DNA from: Patescibacteria group bacterium
GTDB taxonomy: Bacteria; Patescibacteriota; Patescibacteriia; Magasanikbacterales; GWA2-37-8
Direction: 5' to 3'
DNA length: 64,000 bases
NCBI GenBank assembly: GCA_041661385.1
Contig: JBAZUP010000001.1
Coordinates: 576,907-640,906 of the forward strand
Below the pieces are notes generated by a model. That model was not told where the DNA came from and did no database searches. It saw nothing but the letters and a program-made list of their open reading frames with translations. How positions within the stretch are numbered: the stretch's first letter is position 1; every line of letters starts with the position of its first letter. The translations under genes and the position numbers were made by a program. Below, in pieces: positions 58,902 through 64,000 of this stretch.

Positions 58902-61457
58902 TTGCTATACTTCTGCACATATTTACTATACACAAAAATTATGAGGAGGGTACAAGCTTTACTGCCGGCTATTATTATACTTGGCGGTTTTTTATTTATC
59001 TCGCCTATCTCGGCCAAAGTCTTGATAAGTAAGATTCAGGTCTCGGGGGTTTCAACTACTGATGAATTTATTGAGCTATATAATTATGCTAGTTCCAGCG
59101 CCAATCTTACCAACTGGAGCCTGACCAAACAGACGGCAGGCGGAACTCAAAGCAAGCTTATTTCTAGCTTTCCGTCTTCCGCTATAATTAGCCCTTTTTC
59201 ATATTTTTTGGTAGCTCACCGCGACTATTCACCAATAAACAGCGTTCTTTCCGATCTTTCTTACTCAAATGCTTCATATAGCCTCGCCGCCAACAATAGC
59301 CTACTTTTGGCAAATTCCGACGGCGAGATGATAGATGAGGTTAGCTGGGGATCTGTTTCAACCACAATAGGAAGCCCAACCCCAAACCCAGAGAGCAGTA
59401 AAAGTCTGGTCCGTCTGCCGAACGACGTTACTGGAAATTACTTGGATACCGACAACAGCCTGAATGACTTCACTGAACTTGATAGTCAACCGTTCAATCT
59501 GACATCCCCTTCCCGACCATTTTTCGAAATTTCTGATCCATCTCAACTCACTACTCCGGAAACCCCGACATCGTCTTCAGCAGAAAATATTATAACGACG
59601 ACAACCACAGATTGGTCGGTGTTACGACTAAACGAAATAATGCCAAACCCAACTGACGGCGATGAGTGGGTTGAAATTTATAATCCATCTTTAAATGAAA
59701 TTAATTTAGACGGTGGAACTTTGTGCGACAATCGAGCAAGTGACACTTGTACAATATTAAATTTGAATGGAATAATTTCTGGACAAACATGGAAAACTTT
59801 TCTTTTGTCAGGAAGCAAACTAAATAATGACGGCGACACCGTAATTTTAAAAAATGCTGCCGGCGAAATTATTGATGAGATAAAATATTCTGAAACAAAT
59901 ATTCCCGCCAAAGGAAATTCCTTAGCTCGAAGTATTAGTGGCGGCGGAGTTTGGGAAATTTCTACAACTCCAACCCAAAATTTTGAAAACATAATTACCT
60001 TACCATTTTTGCCAACCACTATTTTATCAACTGGTGGCTCAAATGGTTCTTACTTATGGAACGCGCCTCTTCTTAATATCAAAAAAACCAGTCCCTCAAC
60101 GACCCAAATTGATAAAATTTTCTTACTTTGGAATGTTAGCTACCCAAAAAACATTTATATTAATTCTACAACTTTATTTTCATCGAATTTGTCTGCTGAT
60201 CCAAGGGGTGGAGAAATTATGTATTCATGGAATTTCGGTGATGGAACGTCTTCAGACGGTTCCATGGTCTACCATGCCTTTACCAGTTCCGGCATTTTTA
60301 CAGTTACTATTCATGGTACTAGCACCCAGGGCACAATTGGAACAAAAACTTTAAATATAAAGGTTAACAACAATTTAGCCAATAATAATGCCGTCTACAT
60401 AAGCGGTGTTTCTCCGAGACCAGATAGTGAAAATGATGAGTGGATTAGTATTGGGGGTTTTGCAACGAGCGCTGTCGATTTAGGGAATTGGAAAATAGGT
60501 ACGGAAAATGAAAAGTGGTATTCTTTGCCAATAAAAACTGTGCTCAAACCATTTGGCATACTTAAATTTTACAAATCTGTCACAAAACTTGCCCTAAATA
60601 ACGCCGGTGGCAGCGTGCTACTAGCAAATTCCCTGGGAGAGATCGTAGATATTTTGAATTTTGGCAAAGGAAAAATTGGTGAAGTGTATACTCACGATGC
60701 AACAGATATTGTTTCTTCAACTTTTTTTACATCGGTGGCGCCGGAAGTTAAAACAACCAGTACCTTTGGTTCAAATAAATATTATTCTAACCTTGTTTTA
60801 GCTGACGCCCGCAGCTTACCGATCAAATCAAAAACAACTCTAACCGGAACAGTAGTTTCTTTGCCGAATCATCCTTACGTAAATTATTTTTATATCAATG
60901 ATGAATCCGGCGGAATGCAAATATATTCTTACAAGAAATCATTTCCGATATTGAAGCTTGGCGACCAGATAAAAGTTTACGGAGAAATTAGTTCTCTGCA
61001 AGGTCGGCCACGCTTGCGCATTTCTTCGGCCAGCGCAATTACTAAATTACCTTCGAAAATAATTTTGCAACCAGAACAAAAAAATATTATTGATGTTGAT
61101 GAAAATGATTTTGGTCGATTGCTTTCACTTACCGGAGAAATTACGGATTTAAATAATGCTTCGTTTTTTTTAGACGACACTTCGGCGGAAGCAAAAGTTA
61201 ATTTGCCATTAAAATCTAATATAAACAAAAAAGATTTAAGCTTAAAAACAAAAATTCGGGTAACTGGTATTGTCGAACAAAGCGCAAGCGGTTGGAATAT
61301 TACCCCGCGCACCAGCGAAGACATTTCTCAGCTAGATGTCGATCAAAAACCGATTTCGGCTACAACCCCGACTACCAAAGTAGCGGTCGGAACCGGGGGC
61401 GGCCTATTTCTTGTGGGTCTTGCCGCCGCAATTAAAAAATGGATATTAAAAAAATAG
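58902..61457 (+). CDS. Surface protein with lamin-tail domains (LTD), a PKD domain and a C-terminal TM anchor
   Basis: LTD motifs (FIELYN, LNEIMPNPTDGDEWVEIYN, SPRPDSENDEWISI), PKD YSWNFGDGTSSDG, signal peptide and a C-terminal hydrophobic segment. Confidence 0.65.
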   Translation: MLYFCTYLLYTKIMRRVQALLPAIIILGGFLFISPISAKVLISKIQVSGVSTTDEFIELYNYASSSANLTNWSLTKQTAGGTQSKLISSFPSSAIISPFSYFLVAHRDYSPINSVLSDLSYSNASYSLAANNSLLLANSDGEMIDEVSWGSVSTTIGSPTPNPESSKSLVRLPNDVTGNYLDTDNSLNDFTELDSQPFNLTSPSRPFFEISDPSQLTTPETPTSSSAENIITTTTTDWSVLRLNEIMPNPTDGDEWVEIYNPSLNEINLDGGTLCDNRASDTCTILNLNGIISGQTWKTFLLSGSKLNNDGDTVILKNAAGEIIDEIKYSETNIPAKGNSLARSISGGGVWEISTTPTQNFENIITLPFLPTTILSTGGSNGSYLWNAPLLNIKKTSPSTTQIDKIFLLWNVSYPKNIYINSTTLFSSNLSADPRGGEIMYSWNFGDGTSSDGSMVYHAFTSSGIFTVTIHGTSTQGTIGTKTLNIKVNNNLANNNAVYISGVSPRPDSENDEWISIGGFATSAVDLGNWKIGTENEKWYSLPIKTVLKPFGILKFYKSVTKLALNNAGGSVLLANSLGEIVDILNFGKGKIGEVYTHDATDIVSSTFFTSVAPEVKTTSTFGSNKYYSNLVLADARSLPIKSKTTLTGTVVSLPNHPYVNYFYINDESGGMQIYSYKKSFPILKLGDQIKVYGEISSLQGRPRLRISSASAITKLPSKIILQPEQKNIIDVDENDFGRLLSLTGEITDLNNASFFLDDTSAEAKVNLPLKSNINKKDLSLKTKIRVTGIVEQSASGWNITPRTSEDISQLDVDQKPISATTPTTKVAVGTGGGLFLVGLAAAIKKWILKK

Positions 61458-61486
61458 GCTAAAACAAGCCTATTTTGAGCGAATCT

Positions 61487-61909
61487 TTATTTAATACTCA
61501 TAAATATTGCTCCCGTGGTAATAAGTACGGCACCAAGCCCGCTTTTCCAGGTAAGTTGTTCACCGAGAAACAAAATCGCTAAAATAAGCACAAATACCAC
61601 ACTTAATCGATCGAGGGCGGCAACACCAGAAGCTGGACCGGTTCTCAGGGCGAAAAAATAAAAAAGCCACGAAATTGCCCCAGAAATACCGGAAAAAACA
61701 ATAAAAAGCAGGGCTTTATTATCAATTGTATTTAAAAGCTTTGCTTTTCCAAGCGACAAGGAAACAATTACCAGAAATGTCGCCATAATTACAGCCCGTA
61801 CCGTTGTTGCAAGCGTAGAATCAAGCTTACTGATGCCAATTTTGCCAAAAATTCCTACTGCAGCTGCGGCTACCGCCGAAAGCAATGCATATAATATCCA
61901 GGTAGGCAT
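61487..61909 (-). CDS. EamA-domain small transporter
   Basis: Four TM helices, 140 aa, single EamA-like repeat. Confidence 0.55.
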   Translation of the reverse strand: MPTWILYALLSAVAAAAVGIFGKIGISKLDSTLATTVRAVIMATFLVIVSLSLGKAKLLNTIDNKALLFIVFSGISGAISWLFYFFALRTGPASGVAALDRLSVVFVLILAILFLGEQLTWKSGLGAVLITTGAIFMSIK

Positions 61910-61912
61910 ATT

Positions 61913-62512
61913 TTAATAATCAATTATGACTTTTGCCTCTACCATCGCCCGATAGTGTTCGGGCCTGATACGCTTCAAATATTCAATAACTTTTCCCCTA
62001 ACCGGCGCAAACTTTATGCCGTTCGCCTTCGCAAAAGCGATAATTTTTTGTGACGCTTCTTCCATTTCAGTTTTGTCTTTTACCAGCAATTCTATTTCTC
62101 CGACCTTATAAACAAATTCCGGATATCTTACTTCATCGAGGTCAATAATAAAACCATCTTTAGTATATTTTTGCCGAGTGGTTGTACAAACACAAAATTT
62201 CGCAAAGCCATTTTCATTTAACACCTGTTCAAACCTGCCTTCTTCCGGTAAATTCAATAACTTTCTAATTTGGCTTTCATCTTCCATTTCTTCATACTGT
62301 TCAGCCGATCTGGTAATCACTTCACTCATCGGCACCTTTAGCTCCGGCCGCCCATCGCGAAATCGCAACCAATGATCGCGGGCGGTAAGCAAATAATCTG
62401 TGGTATCATAATAAACATCGGTAAAAGTTTTTTTGCCGACAAACTCCGCACCTTCAGCAAGGAGAGCGATATCACTTTCATCAATTATGAATTTTTTCTC
62501 AACTTCAATCAT
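61913..62512 (-). CDS. CYTH-domain (triphosphate tunnel metalloenzyme) protein
   Basis: N-terminal EVEKKF (ExExK) signature. Confidence 0.65.
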   Translation of the reverse strand: MIEVEKKFIIDESDIALLAEGAEFVGKKTFTDVYYDTTDYLLTARDHWLRFRDGRPELKVPMSEVITRSAEQYEEMEDESQIRKLLNLPEEGRFEQVLNENGFAKFCVCTTTRQKYTKDGFIIDLDEVRYPEFVYKVGEIELLVKDKTEMEEASQKIIAFAKANGIKFAPVRGKVIEYLKRIRPEHYRAMVEAKVIIDY

Positions 62513-62635
62513 TTTATTTTGCTTTTCTTAATCTTATAACAAAATCGTTCGATTGTATAGTATTTATATTTGTTTACCAATATTGACCAACTTTCAATTT
62601 TTTGCTATACTGAAGCCTCGTTGAAATATTTATTT

Positions 62636-64000
62636 ATGGCGACAACTTCCGGCAACGTCATTGTCCGTTTTGACAAAACATCATTTAAATACGATCATGC
62701 TCGGCCCATTCTAGATGAGGCGTCTTTTTCAGTTCGTGAAAATACCAAAGTCACCATCATGGGACAAAATGGCGCCGGCAAAAGCACAATTTTTAAACTT
62801 ATCACCGGCGAACTAAAACCTGACAACGGCGGAATTCATCTTGGCCTTGGCGCTTCAATCGCAATCGCGACCCAGGTAATGAAGCGTGAAAATTTGGAAA
62901 AAACCGTGGAAGAATTTTTTGCGCAAACCTTCAGTGAAAAAAAATACGATCTCCCGAAACGGATAAATAATATTCTGGAAGTAGTTCATCTCAAAGCTCC
63001 GCTCACAAAAAAAATAAAACAATTTTCCGGTGGCCAACAAGCTCGACTTTTGCTCGCTTATGCCCTCATTCAGCAGCCGGACATACTACTCCTTGATGAA
63101 CCAACAAATAATCTTGATGCTGATGGCATTGAGCATTTAACCCGGTTTTTGATGGATTATCCAAAGACCTGCCTAGTTATTTCTCACGACGCCAACTTTT
63201 TAAATGCATTCACTGAAGGCGTTTTATACCTAGATTCCTACACTCACAAAATGGAACAGTATGTCGGTGACTACTACGAAGCACTTGGCGAAATTGAAGC
63301 TCAAATTGAGCGTGAACGCGCGAAGAATGCTCAGCTGAAAAAAAGCATTCAGGATCGCAAGGATAAAATCAACTTTTTCGCTCACAAAGGCGGCAAGATG
63401 CGAAAACTTGCGAGCAAACTAAAAGACCAGGTAGAAGAAGCTGAAGAAAATATGGTTGATGAGCGTCAAGAAGATAAAACTATAAATGATTTTATTATTC
63501 CGGCACAGACCGATACGGTGGGTGCGGTAGTTGAAATAAAATCCGTCGGAATTATGGTTGATCATGAGCCGGTCCGGAAAAAACTTATTGCCCCGATTGA
63601 AGTCCGCAAAAAACAAAAACTTTTAATAAAAGGACCAAACGGTATTGGTAAAAGTACCTTCCTCGCCGCCCTCGCCACCCACGAAGAAAAAGGGGCGATA
63701 ATGAGTAAAGATGTTCGGGTCGGTTATTACCGCCAGGATTTTTCCGGTCTTAATTTTGACCAAACCGCTTATCAAGCGCTTGAAGAAATGATGCCGGAAC
63801 CCTGGAACCAAGAAATTTATGCAACTGCCGCCCAGTTTTTGCTTTCTTCGGAAATATTAAAAAATAAAGTCGGATCATTGTCCGAGGGCCAAAAGGGTTT
63901 ACTATGTTATGCCCGCTTTGTTTTACAAAAACCGGGATTATTAATTCTCGACGAACCAACCAACCATATAAACTTCCGCCATCTGCCAATTATCGGCAAG
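62636..64000 (+). CDS. ABC-F family ATPase (two ABC domains; C-terminus beyond the window edge)
   Basis: Walker A GQNGAGKST and GPNGIGKST, and signatures FSGGQQARL and LSEGQKG. Open to the window end and absent from the ORF track. Confidence 0.8.
   Translation, partial: MATTSGNVIVRFDKTSFKYDHARPILDEASFSVRENTKVTIMGQNGAGKSTIFKLITGELKPDNGGIHLGLGASIAIATQVMKRENLEKTVEEFFAQTFSEKKYDLPKRINNILEVVHLKAPLTKKIKQFSGGQQARLLLAYALIQQPDILLLDEPTNNLDADGIEHLTRFLMDYPKTCLVISHDANFLNAFTEGVLYLDSYTHKMEQYVGDYYEALGEIEAQIERERAKNAQLKKSIQDRKDKINFFAHKGGKMRKLASKLKDQVEEAEENMVDERQEDKTINDFIIPAQTDTVGAVVEIKSVGIMVDHEPVRKKLIAPIEVRKKQKLLIKGPNGIGKSTFLAALATHEEKGAIMSKDVRVGYYRQDFSGLNFDQTAYQALEEMMPEPWNQEIYATAAQFLLSSEILKNKVGSLSEGQKGLLCYARFVLQKPGLLILDEPTNHINFRHLPIIGK

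Overview
The window looks like a low-GC (about 38-40%) stretch of a reduced Patescibacteria/CPR-type (Parcubacteria-like) genome, with most genes on the minus strand. Lineage, family and domain names below are recognised by eye from the translations (from memory of signature motifs; nothing was searched or computed). Hand-derived coordinates may be off by 1-2 nt.

Housekeeping content:
- rsmE, rpmF-nusB-rnc, malic enzyme, and a three-gene set (SucC-like, SucD-like, citrate-synthase-like) resembling a split ATP-citrate lyase / citryl-CoA synthetase + lyase.
- Class I aldolase, YvcK, pnp-rpsO, galU, ruvB, PBP1A, lspA, DksA/TraR, ComM, and a partial ABC-F at the right edge.
- A partial FemAB-family gene at the left edge. 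Both edge-partial genes are absent from the ORF track.
- A 23S+5S rRNA pair on the minus strand with no 16S nearby. The 23S carries a group I intron at about E. coli position 2500 and two long expanded helices.
- Six tRNAs.

Standout accessory features:
1. A tandem array of 10 small paralogous TrbC/VirB2-like pilin genes (WMTA-G-N-E motif), several with Cys-rich tails, plus two dispersed paralogs. The array sits in a roughly 15-kb cell-surface block that also holds a GT28 glycosyltransferase, a lipoprotein solute-binding protein, a 1449-aa adhesin with Myxococcus-type Cys repeats and a fibro-slime domain, and two type IV pilins.
2. Three copies of a roughly 110-nt conserved structured element, each immediately downstream of a + strand tRNA and terminator, and each followed by a duplicated copy of that tRNA's 3' end starting in the T-loop. 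This looks like miniature T-loop-targeting integrative elements or their scars.
3. A 780-bp island at about 65% GC encoding a lipoprotein with five CXXCH-type motifs, driven by a perfect TTGACA-17-TATAAT promoter, a palindromic operator and a GGGAGG ribosome-binding site.
4. Several unexplained structured non-coding units: a promoter-to-terminator candidate sRNA upstream of the 23S, a GC-richer region at 28.2-28.7 kb, and an attenuator-like pair of alternative hairpins.
5. Two tiny, well-signalled genes: a 28-aa poly-Lys peptide and a GC-rich 56-aa Cys/His protein.
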